Source: Octopus sinensis (Eukaryota). Taken from it: DNA of 64,000 bases. The stretch covers positions 76,508,001 through 76,572,000 of the forward strand of contig NC_042997.1 of the NCBI RefSeq assembly GCF_006345805.1, read 5' to 3'. Each line of letters starts with the position of its first letter. Positions within the stretch are counted from its first letter, which is position 1. The notes beneath the pieces were generated by a model. The model was not told the origin of the DNA and ran no database searches. It saw only the letters and a list, made by a program, of their open reading frames with translations. Position numbers and translations under genes: made by a program. Shown in pieces: positions 1 through 13,725 of this stretch.

Positions 1-474
1 TGAAGTAGTTGTAGTGTTAGTGTTGGGAGTTGTCGAGGTAGTGCTAGCAAAAAATCATACAGTTTGTTGTACTAAGAGTCAATTATGTTTTCTGACATAA
101 AATTTACTTGGGTTCTCTTGGTGGAGTATGCCTTACATCATTAGCGAAAAAAAGAAAAAGAGATTATTGTTGCCTTGTAGACGTTAGTATGTATGATTCT
201 AGATGTGCCGAATCAATGAACACATTTAAAAGTATAGTTCAGAATGGTTGACTAGCAATTAGGAGTGGTGAATCAACATATTGTGTGAAAAATGAGATAT
301 GTTGTGAATCTTATAATTTAAATTGTGAAGTTTGTGGAAAGTCAAGCATGCATTTTGTTTTAAGTATGAAAGAAAAAAACATAAACAATTGCATGATTAC
401 TTTGTATGCATTCATAGATGCTTATAACATAACTGTATCTTTGTGTGATTAAGCCTGAATTATTTATTTTCCAG

Positions 475-715
475 AAATAATAATAAATGTTATCGCCGCT
501 GTGGAGCTGCAACTGTTCTTACCAATGTAACTTCAGGTGCTCTTGGCTCATTTGAAACTACTCCTGAACTGAATCATGCCTGGAAAATTTACTGTTTGTG
601 GATTATCACTCCCTTTAATGATGTACAAAGACCTTTTGAATTAGCTAGAGAAAAGAAGACTCTGCCCAGCATATCTTTAACATTTGAACCAGATATTTCG
701 GTTAATTGTTCTCTG
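475..715 (+). CDS. MEGF8: MEGF8 internal exon (start of second CUB domain)
   Basis: Boundaries ttttccAG|...CTG|GTAAGT. Translates NNNKCYRRCGAATVLTNVTSGALGS...YCLWIITP...LTFEPDISVNCSL, resembling (from memory) human MEGF8 CYRQCGGRALLTNVSSVALGS...YCVWVVS...LTFSPD. Starts phase 2, ends phase 0. Confidence 0.9.
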
Positions 716-1313
716 GTAAGTTACTTTATTTTTGCATTAGAAAAAGGGTACAGTTGTAAAAGTATTGCTATAGAAATATTTACAAAAGTTCTGATTTTGA
801 ATCTGGCTAGTAGAATCATAATCTGCTTTTAGCTATATTGATTTACAGCTAGGAAATATATTAACTTTCTTTTTTATCAAATGACATTGTTTTTAATTGA
901 TCAATGGTTCATTTCCTCTTGTAGAGATTTTTATCATAGTAAAATTAAAATTCTGTTTGTATGTTTCTTGTTTTGAAACTAAACTATGCATTGCTTCAGT
1001 AAAATGTTTTGACATATAAACTCTTAGAGATAAGCCCTTGTGCCTTGAAACATGTCAAGGGAATCTGATCTGTAAAAATCCTTGAAACAGAACTTCCATT
1101 ATTACACCTCTGCAGCTCCATTTTAATTACTATTTTTAATCAATGCAGATTATTGATGCTCACTACTATTTGACATGTTCCATTTGTTTCCTTTTTAAGA
1201 GGGATGGAGAGAAAGAGAGAGATGACTGTCAATTCAACCTATATAATGTGTGTGCAGACACTGGCAGGAGAAAGTGTGCATGACAGATTTTGTGAGAAAA
1301 TATTCAAATATAG

Positions 1314-1359
<46 letters not shown>

Positions 1360-1362
<3 letters not shown>

Positions 1363-3775
1363 CAAAGTTTCTGCCAAACCAAAGGTGACATGTGAGGTTG
1401 ACAGGGCCATAAAAGAGAAGAGATGGATTTGGGAAGAGTGGAAAAGTAGAAGTAGCAAAAAACCATAGCAGATATCTAAAAGGGAAGCTAGGGGACAGGT
1501 TTATCTAATAAAAGCAGAAGCAGAAAACAAAGTTTGTCAGTGTCTTCCAACATAAGAATTAGTGCCGAGGGGTATTCTGGATTGCTAGACAGTGTATCAG
1601 AAAGAATCAAGTATGTATAGATGGGTGATGGTATGCTTGCACTTAGTGACTCTGATAAGAAAGAGACATGTAAGTCCTTCTATGAAAGGTTATTATATGA
1701 GGAGAATGTATGGGAAAAAGGGAATCTCCTCAGTGTGAACATAACAGAGGGTCCAGCCAGCCTAGTTGACAGCAGTATGATTGATAAAGCAATTAAGGAT
1801 ATGAAGACAGGGAAAACCCCTAGTCCATTGGAAATTGCTGCTGAGGTGCTTAAAATATTTGGCAGAGTAGGATATGCTCTAATCACATGTATACTTAATC
1901 AGGTTTTTCAGGAAGATGTCATTCCCAATGACTAGTGCAGCAACATTATAGTCAGCTGTTACAAGTGTAAAAGAGATGCCTTAGATTATGTGTGACTATA
2001 GAACATCATACAATGGAGATAAACAGTTTGAACATGCAAAAATACACTTTTTTGCTTCATCATTTTCATGTCAAAATAAATATTTTCCAAGGAAAATTAT
2101 ATGCTATTTGAAAGTTCTGGATGTGAACTTCTCATACAGTTTTAATTAAAATCTGACAGTTACATATCGTATCAGGGTCTCTCAAACACTCTGGTATTTC
2201 CATACATTTACAAAGTTTGTCTTGTTTTTCTTTTTTCCCCTAATTCAAGTTCAATATGCTCAAACACTATAACTCAAGTTGTTTTAAAAATCATACTGTC
2301 ATGAAGAGAAAGGTTTTCACTTTATTTTGATATAAAAATAGATGGGGTAGGTCAGATAATCATTACAAAATATAAAAGTTAAATTTTCATTGTTAATGTT
2401 CACTTAGAAAAGGATATAAAAAATTTCTCACCAATTCAATATAGTCATTGCTAAATCTGGCTATGATGTGAAAAATAAATTTTCCAAAATTTTTTTCAAT
2501 AAAAACCTTATTGCCATCATTTTCAAGATTGTGATGGGAAAAAAAATTGGAAAAATCCCTGGCAAAATGGAGAAAATCCAACTTATGTGGGAATCCTGAT
2601 CTGAAAGTCTGCCATTTATAGCCATTTTTAATAGTCCATCAAAATTTTATTGAAATGGCATCATGCTCCAAAATCTCAGAATTTATTTAATTCTATATCA
2701 ATGATGAATGTGCCAAAACTCAAGTCCCTGTGATATAACAAGGTCTGAAAACACTGTAAAATTTTTTGTTACTTGTAACAAAATAGGCGTTACATAAATA
2801 TTTAAAAAATTGTACAAAAAGTGTTTTCTTTCCAAGAACCTGAAAAAAATAGGCTACTGCTATCCCATGGTCACTATTAATTTCTGTAATTTGAAGATGA
2901 TTATCATCCCAGTTTCAAAGATACGATATCACAAAAATGGCTAATTGTTCATTTAGGCTAATTCGGCAAGATTTCATCCATTTTGCTGACCATTCAAAAT
3001 GTCATATTTCTTAAAATATTCACCCAAATTTTACAAATGAAGTTTCAAAATATTTCTTTTTAGATGCTCTCCAAGAAAAAGTACAGTAGAAATTACATTT
3101 AAATATTGTCAAAAATTTATAGTGATACCTCATTACAGAAGTATCGAATTGTTGGATCAAGTCATGAAAGTCATGGAGAATGTTATAGCCCAATTAGAAA
3201 CACAATTATAGTAGATGAGATGCAGTTTGATTTTGTGTGGGTAGAAGCACTACTGATGCTATCTTTTTAGTCAGACAACTGCAGGAGAAGTATTTAGCTA
3301 AGAGTAAGCCATTATACTTGGCATTTATTTATCTGGAGAAAGCATTCTCCCTGACTTGGTGGTCTCTGATGAAGCTAGGGATAGATGAGTAAGCTTGTGA
3401 AAGCCATGTACAGAGGTGCCATCAGTAAGGTGAAAGTTAGCCATGAGTCGAGTGATGAATTTAGTGTGCCTGTAGGTATGCACCAGGGTTTGGTTCTCAG
3501 TCCCCTCCTATTCATCATTGTCCTCCAGGTTATAACAGAAGAACTTAAAACCTATTGCCCCTGGTAACTGCTGTATGCTCTCATAGCAGAATCTGTTAGA
3601 AAATTAGAAAGAAATTGCAAGTGTTGGAGCAAAACCTGGAATAGAAGGGTCCTTAAAGTTAACTTTGCAAAGACCAAGGTTCTAGTAAGGAAGAAAACAA
3701 ACAGGACACTATGCTCTTCAGGTAAATGGCCCTGCTCAATATATAGGAAAGATTAGTTGTGGACACACACAAAAT
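1360..3775 (+). mobile_element. Degraded RTE-clade LINE fragment, interrupted by a DNA repeat at ~1990-3131
   Basis: Remnants MKTGKTP, DVIPND, LLDQVMKV, HQGLVLSPLLF and WPCSI are homologous to the ORF at 26457-28691; many stops. Confidence 0.85.
1990..3131. repeat. Unclassified non-autonomous DNA element (internally deleted copy)
   Basis: Blocks are shared with 42110-44087 and 48973-51830. Ends in GATACCT and splits an RTE reading frame between ...DALD and YRSIELLDQ. Confidence 0.7.
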
Positions 3776-4544
3776 TCATCATCATCCCTGCCCTCACTAT
3801 TTCAACTAATCAACTTGCTTTCTGTGTCTTCAGCTACTGTACTCAATTCTAAACACCTTTCTTATCTGCTATCATTCTAATTGCCCTCCCACATCTACCA
3901 TCATGACCCACCTATAGTCCTATATGTATCCCTATATTTCTATCTCCACTGTTTTTACACCTTGCACGTACTTTCTGTTCTCCTTCCTGAGCAACTCCAA
4001 TATCCACCACCTTACCCCTCTCAATACTGGTATTTCCCATCATCGGTACCAAAATTCTTGTTCATTCCTCACCACATTAACCTCTACCTGTTTCCTCCCT
4101 CCTTACACTCCTATAAAAGTATAACACACTCTCTCATCCCCTTCTATGACCCACTATCTGTATCTTCTCATAAACTTACCCTCTTGTTCCTTGAGAGTTT
4201 GCTCTAGTGAGACACCTGTGTTTTTCAATACCTTTCAATAACCTTTCAATACTGCCATCTTCCTCTCTCAGATAGTAGTAAGAGCTTCTCCCTGTTCTTT
4301 TCTGGCTTGCAAGTTTCTTGATATCCTCACTACTGCTGGTAGAATGAGGAATGCACCCAGTATATTTTGTAAAGTGGATGGCATTAGGAAGAGTATCCAG
4401 CTATGGAAGCCATGTCAAAGATGATATTGCAGCTCAACTTAGCCCTACAGCTCACCATTTCCCTGTGAAACTGTCCACCTCATGCTTGTATGTAATTTAC
4501 TACAGAGAGAATAACGACTACCTATTCACTGTGTATGTGTGTGT

Positions 4545-4965
4545 GTGAGCACATGGCTTTGTGGAAAAAAGTTTGCTTCTAAATCACATGGCTTCAGGTG
4601 CAATCCTACTTTTTGACACCTTGAGCAGGTGTCTTCTACTCTAGCCCTGGGCTGCTCAAAGCCCTGTGAGTAGATTTGATAGACATCTATAGGCATGTGT
4701 GTGTGTGTGTTACTGTATCCTTGCCCTGACGTCATGTGATAGTTGTAAACAAGTGTCACTGTCATGTGAGCAGTGTCTTTCATTTCTAATCTTCCATGAA
4801 AATATGTCAAGTCATAGGATGTATTAGTTTACTTGGAAGCAAATAAGGACTGGTGATAGGAAGGATATCTGGTTGTAGAAAATCCACTGTAACAAATTCT
4901 GTCTGATCTATGCAAGCATGGAAAAGTGGACATGAAAACGATGATGATGATGATGATGATGATAC
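4545..4965 (+). mobile_element. Degraded tRNA-derived SINE with RTE-like 3' tail
   Basis: Degenerate A/B-box head (catggctttgtgg...ggcttcaggtgcaatcc), a central (TG)n, and a tail gcaagcatggaaaagtggacatgaaaac(gat)n like the RTE 3' end. Confidence 0.65.
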
Positions 4966-5139
4966 ATATACTTACCTATCTCTCTTGCATTTTTGTAGAC
5001 AGAATGAAGAAAGTGCAAGTGCTAGATAGGTAGGTAGACAGATATGTAGATGAGAGGTAGGCAAGCAGAATATATATGAAATCACCAATATTATCTAAAT
5101 ATTTTATATGTGCATGGTGGTGATTGCTTCTTCTTTACA

Positions 5140-5415
5140 GAAGGAGGCATACTCCTTGCTGAGAAATAGGTGGATAAGATTATAGAGGTAGTTAGAGTAT
5201 ACGATAGAGTACTTGAGCTCAGGCTAGCCTTGCAGAATAGTATAGCTACAATCATATCTACCTATGCCCCACATGTGGGCGTACCAGATGAACAGAAGGA
5301 CCACTTTTATGATATTCTTCTGCAGGCTACCTCCAAGATAAGTGACAGTGATCTCATCTTTGTGGGTGGGAATTTCAATGGGCATGTGGGAGTGGTGGTT
5401 CTGAAGACACAGTAA
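5140..5415 (+). mobile_element. RTE LINE APE-endonuclease fragment
   Basis: GILLAEK...IISTYAPHVG...FYDILL...GGNFNGHVG motifs. Confidence 0.8.
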
Positions 5416-5869
5416 AGGAATAGGTAAATATCTGAAAAACATGAAATAAAATATTTTTTAAAACCAGTCTGGCCATAAGTGTTTTGAAATGTGGTGTACT
5501 ATAAAATGTACCCCACCACCAATTCTGATTTATGTGAGACAGCTATTCTGAAAGTCCAGCAAAGTATGTAATTAAATGTCTTTTTTGTTAGATGTCATAT
5601 TACATTCTCTCAATGAGTTTGCCTGTTGAACTGCATACTTGAAGTCCTCACGATATTTCATCCAAAGCTGTTGGAACTGTACAATTGCAAAAAAGGTTAC
5701 AGAGTCTCCTTGGTGAATCTAATACTGATGCTTCAGTCAAAGCAAGGTCCCAATGTTCGTCATTTTCTAAATAAAACCTTGTTGATAGCATGCTTCCCTA
5801 TAAGTTTCACACACATGACCATCTACCCTCCTCGAAACTTGGAATGATTTAGGACCACGTACTTTCCAA

Positions 5870-8560
5870 AAAGCTGAAGGAAGGCATCATATGTCCTATC
5901 CATAAAGGTGGAAGCAGAGCAGAGGCTGGGAACTACAGTCCCATCTCTCTGACTTCACATATTAGCAGAGTCATGGAATGAATTGTCAGAAGGAGGCTGA
6001 TTACATTCCTAGAATAAAATGACTTGCTGAATGAGACCCAGCATGGCTTCCATCCAGGTTGAAGCTGCTGCCTCACACAACTCTTGCAGCATTATGACTG
6101 GGTCCTGAAGCAGCTACTTGACCATTCAAATGTTGATGTGATATATCTCGACTTAGCAAAGGCCTTTGACAAAGTTGATCATGGCATGATATGTCACAAG
6201 CTGCTAAACCTTGGCATAGCTGGTAAATTAGGAGAGTGGCTGCATGACTTCCTGAATGGGAGAAGTCAGACAGTTGCAGCCAACGAAAAATTATCTAGGG
6301 AAATGCAAATATTGGGTGGTGTTCCACAAGGAACTGTCCTGGGGCCGCTGCTGTTCATAGTAACCCTTCTGGACATGCCCACAGTCACTCAGACAGCCAT
6401 TGTCACTAGCTACACTGATGACACAAAACTATCTCATGCAATCAAAAATCCTGATGATGTCATAAGCCTGCGAAATGACCTAAATGCAATATACAAGTGG
6501 GCAGAGCAAAATAATATGCGGTTCAATGCTAAGAAATTTTAAGTACTGCACTACAAGGCCACAAGTGCCCACCAACTGGCATACACATGACCTGCAGGTA
6601 CTGCAATCCCAGAACCACAAACAGTGAGAGATCTGGGCATCAGCATGTGTAGTGATGCATCATTTCACATGCACATTGTCAAGTTGACAGCAAAGTGCAG
6701 ACAACTGCGAGCCCTTAACACGTCTATTCAATATGTCATTGGCGACGGGTGTTATACCTGCGGACTGGAGAACAGCGATAATCTGCCCAATTTTCAAGAA
6801 AGGGAGCCGCGAAGACCCGCTTAACTACCGACTGGTTTCCCTTACATCAATAATCAGCAAGATGTTCGAAACCATCCTTAAGAAAAGTATGATGCTCCAC
6901 CTCCAAAACACAGCCTCTATCTCTGATTCCCAACACGGCTTCATGCCGAAGAGATCATGCTTGACCAACTTACTGGTAATGGAAGAATTGGTGACGCGCA
7001 TCCTTGATGATAGTGATGCTGTTGACATCGTTTTATTGGACTTTGCCAAAGCTTTTGACTCGGTAAACCACCGCCTATTACTTGTCAAGCTTCAAGCATA
7101 TCGTTTCCATCCGGATATTGTACGATGGGTTGGTGCCTTCCTCTCAGATCGCTCCTTCCAAGTCCAAGTTAATGGTTCGCAGTCCGACGTCTCCAGTGCG
7201 AGCAGTGGTGTGCCTCAAGGTTCAGTGCTTGGGCCCTTATTGTTCTTAGTCTTCATAAATGACTTGCCCGACGACCTCACGCAACACACCCTTCTATTTG
7301 CCGATGATATCAAACTGGTCGCTCCTCGCAGTGATATAGAGGATCTTCGTCGATGCCTCCACCAAATTTGGAAGTGGTCTAACGAATGGGACCTGTGTCT
7401 GAACGTGTCAAAGTGCTGTCATCTGCCTGTTGGCTCTCCTCCTGCAACTCAACTTGATTTCGAGCCGGGTCGTCTGCTGCTGGAGAGGACCGATCAGGTA
7501 AAGGACCTGGGTATCTTGGTGGATTCCTCCTTTTCGCCTTCGGCCCAGTGCGTCCATGCTGCCAACAAAGCACACGTGGAATTCTGTTCTTGATTCGACG
7601 GTCATTCGGAATGCTCACAGCAGCCATATTCCTACCACTCTATGTCACACTGGTGAGACCCATATTGGAGTACGGGATTCAAGCCTCTTCTCCTTATCTC
7701 AAAGACATACAGCATCTCGAAAGAGTCCAGAAGCTGGCTACCTGCATGGTTCATGGTCTTAAAAATTTGTCCTATGAAGAAAGGCTGAGGACGCTCGACC
7801 TTTGTTCTCTTGAAAAACACCGCCGCCGTGGTGATCTCATTCTCGCCCACAACATCATAAGCGGAAAGTGTAACCTCTCAAAAGAGCTGTTCTTCACTCC
7901 TGCTCCAGAGCGTCGGCTACGGGGTCATTCCGAAAAGCTCTACCTGCGACGATTTCATCTCAATTGAAGGAGAGGAGCTTTCTCCGTCCGGGTTGCGGAT
8001 CCATGGAACAAGCTGCCAGACAAGATGGTGAAGATGCCGACGACCGCTTTGTTCAAAGCCTCCCTTGACCTCAAGTGGCCTGAACTCTTTACATGAACAC
8101 CACCCTGTCCTTAACTCCATGTCCCCCTACATGGCCTTGCTATTTGCTTTTGAGCCAAATTAACTAACTAACTGGCAGGGTGGATACTGAGGACATTCAG
8201 AACAAGGGATCAAAAGTCATGTTGACTCTATGAAAGACATTTGTTTTGAGCTGCTTAGACTATTGCTCTCAGTTGTGGTCACCACACAGCGTTAAGCTAA
8301 CAACAGAACTTGAGGCAATTCAGTGTCACTATACAAAAAAGATACCAGACAAACCAATGGCTTGAAATGATACACAGTTCAGGGCAGTGATGTCAAATTT
8401 TCTTATACACCAGATGTGCCATTGAAAGTCTTGATTGGACTACATCAGTGGCAGAGAAGAGCCATGCAAGGAATGTTCAAAGAGCACAGCATAAGAAAGG
8501 AAAATCATGGTGGTGCTCCAGCACGACCGCAGACACTTGGCTGAAATGAATGAATAAATA
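5870..8560 (+). mobile_element. Older CR1-group LINE, interrupted by a younger CR1-group insertion
   Basis: DLAKAFDKVDH, GVPQGTVLGPLLF and YTDDTK motifs. The frame KCRQL|AGWILRTFRT resumes at 8175 after the insert; (aatg/aata)n tail near 8545. Confidence 0.88.
6708..8169 (+). mobile_element. 5'-truncated CR1-group LINE nested in another LINE
   Basis: RT motifs NYRLVSLTS, QHGFMPKRSC, DFAKAFDSV, GVPQGSVLGP and FADDIK; one frameshift near 7575. (TAAC)n tail; AACTG at 6703-6707 and 8170-8174 (TSD overlapping the tail). Confidence 0.92.
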
Positions 8561-8664
8561 AATGAATATTATATATATAATGTATATATAATATATACAT
8601 GTATATCATATATACACATATATATATATATGTATATATATATATGTATTAATATGTGTGTGTG

Positions 8665-8709
<45 letters not shown>

Positions 8710-8714
8710 ATATA

Positions 8715-9137
8715 TTAGGGAATATGATTCCAAACTTACAGGGAAAAATTCAATTTAGTAATACTAAATCAAATTTCACAATATATAATATATGTATAAA
8801 AATTAGAGAAGAGCCACCATGAAGCAATTCAAGAATGATATAATTAAATCATACCATATAGAAAAAATTAAATATTCGATAAAACATTTACCTAGAAATA
8901 AATAAAGTACAAAACAATAAGTAAATAGTATATAATTAGTAAATAGACTACACATGTTTCGTGGCTATATTTTCAAACTGATAACAGTAAAATCAATTCA
9001 ATTTAAATATAATCACTCATCAGGTCCAAGATAAAAACAATAAAATAAATAAATGTACGTATATTATCTTATAAGAAAATATAAATATATATAAAAATAC
9101 ATAATTTTTCAATAAAAAATCAAACAAAATTCAATAA
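8715..9137 (-). mobile_element. Penelope-like element terminal repeat (pLTR) remnant
   Basis: Shares gtaagtttggaatcatattccct with 15769-15800 (next to a PLE ORF) and with 29860-29882; contains a hammerhead. Confidence 0.7.
8944..9028 (-). ncRNA. Type I hammerhead ribozyme motif
   Basis: Minus strand: UGGAC CUGAUGA [12-bp stem II plus inner hairpin] GAAAC AUGU GUA|GUCUA. Intact core, 5-bp stem I, minimal palindromic stem III. Confidence 0.8.
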
Positions 9138-9139
9138 TA

Positions 9140-10395
9140 CAGGGTAGGGAAGCAAAATTTATATTTTGAGACAGGGATTGAAAGACAGTGTATGACCAAT
9201 TAGTTTATTGAAAATCATGAGAATTTATTTTCCACAAGAAAATTTACATAATAGAAAATGTTTTTATTCTATGTGTCCTCCTTCTTTCTTAATAACTGCC
9301 ATCACACACTTCCTGAAACTTGCACAGGTATTCCTGAAATATTCGGGAGACAACTTCTCTCATTCTTCTTTAATAATATCTTTAAGAGAGTCGACATTGC
9401 TGTGTAATGTTCTATTGGTAGCATGTTCTAAAATGCCCCAAATGGCATAATCCAGAGGTTTTCGATCTGGGCTAGAAGGCGGCCATAAACATGATTAAAA
9501 AAAATTGCTAAAGTTGGATTTGCAGAAATCTTGTATTTTTCTAGCTGTGTGTGCTGGAGCATCATCCTGTGTCCATACATAATTACCATCTGGGTAGTTT
9601 GCTTTAAGCCATGGCAATACCTGGTATCTCAGAGTCTTGTAGTAAGTATTAACATTGATCTTTTCATCAGCTTTGTAGAATTTTATAGGCATTTTCTTTC
9701 CATCGGAAGCTACAACACCAAAAGCCATAACTTGAGCAGGATGTTTGTTTTGAATGTCTCCTTAAACTCAGCTATCGATTTTGCGATAAATCTGTCATTT
9801 CTGCAGTTCAGAACAGCATCAATAGTTAAGATCTTTTCATCTGAAAAGATTGTTACTATGGAGGACTTTTTCTTGAACCATGTAATAATTTTCTTGCTCC
9901 TTTCCAATCTCTTTTCCTTCATAGCTGTTGTCAACAAGTGTTTTGGTGTTCTTGTATAAGATTTTAACCTCAAATTATATTTTACTGCAAGTTCAATTGC
10001 CATTTTCTCATGGATTTGTTTGAATCCTTTAGGATTTTGGATTTGAGAGCTTTAATAAAAGCTTTGGTACTTTTTTTGTTGATTCCTTCACTCCCAGACT
10101 TCCTCATGATAGTTTTGCTCATAAACATTCTATTCTTTACATTATAAACAGTCTTTATAGACACTCCAACTATTCTTGAAATCTCCTTTGGTGTGACGAG
10201 TGCATTCAGCAAATTACACTCTTTGACGTTTGCTTTCCTGATTACTCATATGGGCAAAAGTTTTGGAAAAGGTAACGATGATAGTGTTAGGTATGATTAT
10301 GACATCAATATATGCTAGGTTTCAAAGCAATTGACTTAGTGCCTGCTGAGAAAAAACAACTTAACATTCATTGTAAATTTTGCTTCCCCACCCTG
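9140..10395 (-). mobile_element. Tc1/mariner transposon, DD37D (maT/Bmmar1-like), full length but inactivated
   Basis: TIR CAGGGT(A/G)GGGAAGCAAAATTTA at both ends with TA on both flanks. IFSDEK...QDDAPAH...SPDRKPLD gives 37 residues between the 2nd and 3rd Asp; in-frame stop and frameshifts. Confidence 0.92.
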
Positions 10396-10654
10396 TATAT
10401 CTTAGAATAAAAACATGAAATATCTTATCAAATATATTCTGTTAACTAAATCTTTAAACTTAATACATAGGACTTATTGTTTATAATAAATTTATCTCGT
10501 TAAAAATGTGGTATAAATAAAACTAGAATGAATAGATATAAATATTTATTTTATGAAAATATATTTTAGCTTATAGAAGAAAAAAATAACAAACTATAGT
10601 ATATCATTACTAGAAAATTCCAATACAAGTAATTTAAATAAAATATTTAAAACA

Positions 10655-10685
<31 letters not shown>

Positions 10686-11767
10686 ATACATAATATACAT
10701 TAAGTGAAGCTAAAATATAAAATACTATAATTTAATCAATATACATTAAATTATTTATTTATTTAATAAATATCTAAGTTAAATCTTATTCTAATTAAGT
10801 AATATATACTAAAAAAAACTTCATGCTAACTTATATACATAATACTACTACAAACTATGACTACAAGAATTAAAAATAGAAAGATGGTTCAAATATATAC
10901 ACACAAATTAGTTAAACTTATTATATAATTAATTTATATATAGATTTAGTATTACACTCACTTATAGAATTAACCAAAGTTTGAATTATTATTAAAAGTA
11001 TTTACTTAAATAAAATTCCTACCTGTTAGATAATATTTTGTCATACAAAACTATTTCACAATGTAAATTATATGTAATACATTAATTCACAAGATAATAA
11101 CAATAATAAAAATAAGTAAATAAATATACGTATCTTAACTAATAATTATCAAATAACAATATAGAAATTAATATTTTTACAATAATAACCAAACAAAATT
11201 CAGTTAAAAATTCAATAATTTTGTTATAAAAATTCATTACTAATTTTATCAAAGAAATTTTATTAACTGAATTTTAAACGTAAAAATGTATGCCTTAGCA
11301 TTTATAAGTAATTTAACTCGTAAAAACATTGCGAAAAAAATAGAATAAATATATAGAAGCATGTATTATATTAATGAAAATGACGAAATATGTTTAAGCT
11401 TCTAGAATCAGAGAATAAGAGAACAAGAAAACAATATAAATTACTATTTACTGGAAAATTTAAAGTCCAAATAATTAAAATTATGATATGTAAAATATAC
11501 ATAATATAGTTAAATTAATTTATATTATTATATTAATAGATCTTCATTAATTTATATATTCATTTAATTATTAAGAAATATCCAAGTTTAAAAGTATTCA
11601 AATAATGTAATATAACATATAATATGCTAATTAATACACTAATACTACTTTAAATTATGCCTACAATAAATTAGTAACATAAAATAGAGTTTTATATATA
11701 CAGAAAAATTAGCTAACCTTATTATATAAGTTATTTAATTTTACACTCATCTAGGGAATTAACCAAT

Positions 11768-13725
11768 CATCAACAACAGCATCATCATCATCATTTAGCG
11801 TCCGCTTTCCATGCTAGCATGGGTTGGACGGTTCAACTGGGGTCTGTGAAGCCAGAATGCTGCATCAGGCCCAGTCTGATCTGGCAGTGTTTCTACAGCT
11901 GGATGCCCTTCCTAATGCCAACCACTCCGTGAGTGTAGTGGGTACGTTTTACGTGCCACCCGCACAGGTGCCAGACGGAGCTGGCAAATGGCCACGATTG
12001 GATGGTGTTTTTTACGTGCCACCGGCACAGGGGCCAGGTGAGGCTGGCAACGGCCACGAACGGATGGTGCTTTTTTACATGTCACCGGCACGAGGCCAGT
12101 TGGGGCGGCGCTCTCAACGGCCACGATCGGATGGTTCGCTTACTTGTCACCGGCACTGGTATCACAGCTGCAAATTCCATTGATGTTGATCGACTTCGAT
12201 TTTGGTTCTGCTTTCACTGTACTCGTTGCCAACCCTCACCTTACTAGCAGCGTCTCTGTACATGACTCGCACAGCTCTCACTAACCATTTGGTTTTGATT
12301 TTGATTTTGATTTGCCTCAACGGGTCTTCACAAGTGGAGTTTTGTGTCCCAAGAAGGACATGTATGTATAAGTCGACTGGCTACATACCAGGTAGAGGCC
12401 ACGGGTTATGGTCTCACTAGTCTTGCCGGGTCTTCTCCCACACAGCATACTTCCATAGGTCTCAGTCTCTAGTCATTTCCTTGGTGAGACCTAAAGTTCG
12501 AAGGTTGTGCTTCACCACCTCGTCCCAGGTTTTCCAGGGTCTACCTCTTCCACAGGTTCCCTCAACTGCTAGGGTGTGGCACTTTTGCACACAACTATCT
12601 TCAGCCATTCTCGTCACATGACCATACCAGCGCAAATATCTCTCTTGCACACCACAACTGATGCTTCTTAGGTCCAACTTTTCTATCAAGGTACTTACAC
12701 TCTGTCGATTATGAACACTGACATTACACTTCCATCAGAGCATACTGGCTTCATTTCTTGTGAACTTACACATATCCTCAGCAGTCACAGCCCATGTTTC
12801 ACTACCATGTAGCATGGCTGTACGTACACATGCATCATACAGTCTGCCTTTTACTCTGAACGAGAGGCCTTTTGTCACCAGCAGGGGTAAGAGCTCTCTA
12901 AACTTTGCCCAGGCTATTCTTACTCTAGCAGTTACACTTTCAGCACACCCACCACCGCTACTGACTTGGTCACCTCGGTAGCGGAAGCTATCAACTACTT
13001 CTAGTTTTTCTCCCTGGAAATGTGGTAGAAGTTGGTCTCTGCACATTTTCAGTGTTTATTGCTCCTGAGCATCTGCCACAGACAAAAACTATTTTCCTAG
13101 TTAGCCTTCCTTTGATATTGCTGCACCTCTTATGTGTCCATAGCTTACACTTGGTGCACCTTATAGAGTTTCTACCTACACCTTTTTTACAGATTGAGCG
13201 GGGCCATCTACCTGAAGGTGTTTGTGATTGGTCTACCTTCCTACTTATTAGGACTTTGGTTTTGGCTAGGTTGATTCTAAGGCCCTTCAATTCTAAACCA
13301 TGTTTCCACACCTGAAACCTCTCCAGTTCTGATAGTGACTCAGCAATTAGAGCAAGGTCATCAGCATAGAGGAGCTCCCAGGGGCATCCTGTCTTGAATT
13401 CCTCCGTTATTGCCTGGAGGACTATGATAAATAGGAGGGGACTGAGGACTGAACCTTGGTGGACCCCAACCTCTACCCGGAATTCTTCATTGTACTCATT
13501 GCCAACCCTCACCTTACTAGCAGCGTCTCTGTACATGGCTCGCACAGCTCTCACTAACCATTCATCTATCCCTAGTTTCCTCATTGACTACCAGATAAGG
13601 GATCGGGGGACCCTGTCGAAGGCTTTCTCCATGTCAACAAAAGCCAGGTACAGGGGCTTATCTTTGGCTAGGTATTTCTCCTGCAGCTGTCTTACCAGGA
13701 ATGTAGCATCAGTAGTACTTTTCTA
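11768..13725 (-). mobile_element. 5'-truncated RTE LINE with 8-bp TSD
   Basis: VHQGSVLSPLLF, YADD, PHD-like Cys/His segment and 3' UTR ending in (GAT)n. TAACCAAT at 11760-11767 and 13726-13733. Confidence 0.95.

Noticed and set aside
716-832. Read-through of the first MEGF8 exon (VSYFIFALEKGY...) as the missing CUB segment
   Set aside because: A strong GTAAGT donor lies at 716, the frame stops at 832, and conserved CUB motifs (DG, FCG) are absent.
1015-1060. Hammerhead-like remnant (…ccttGAAAC AT GTC aagg); similar remnants at ~32490-32520, 33135-33155, 61245, 61365 and 61595
   Set aside because: The CUGANGA half of the core is missing or mutated, so these cannot be called ribozymes.
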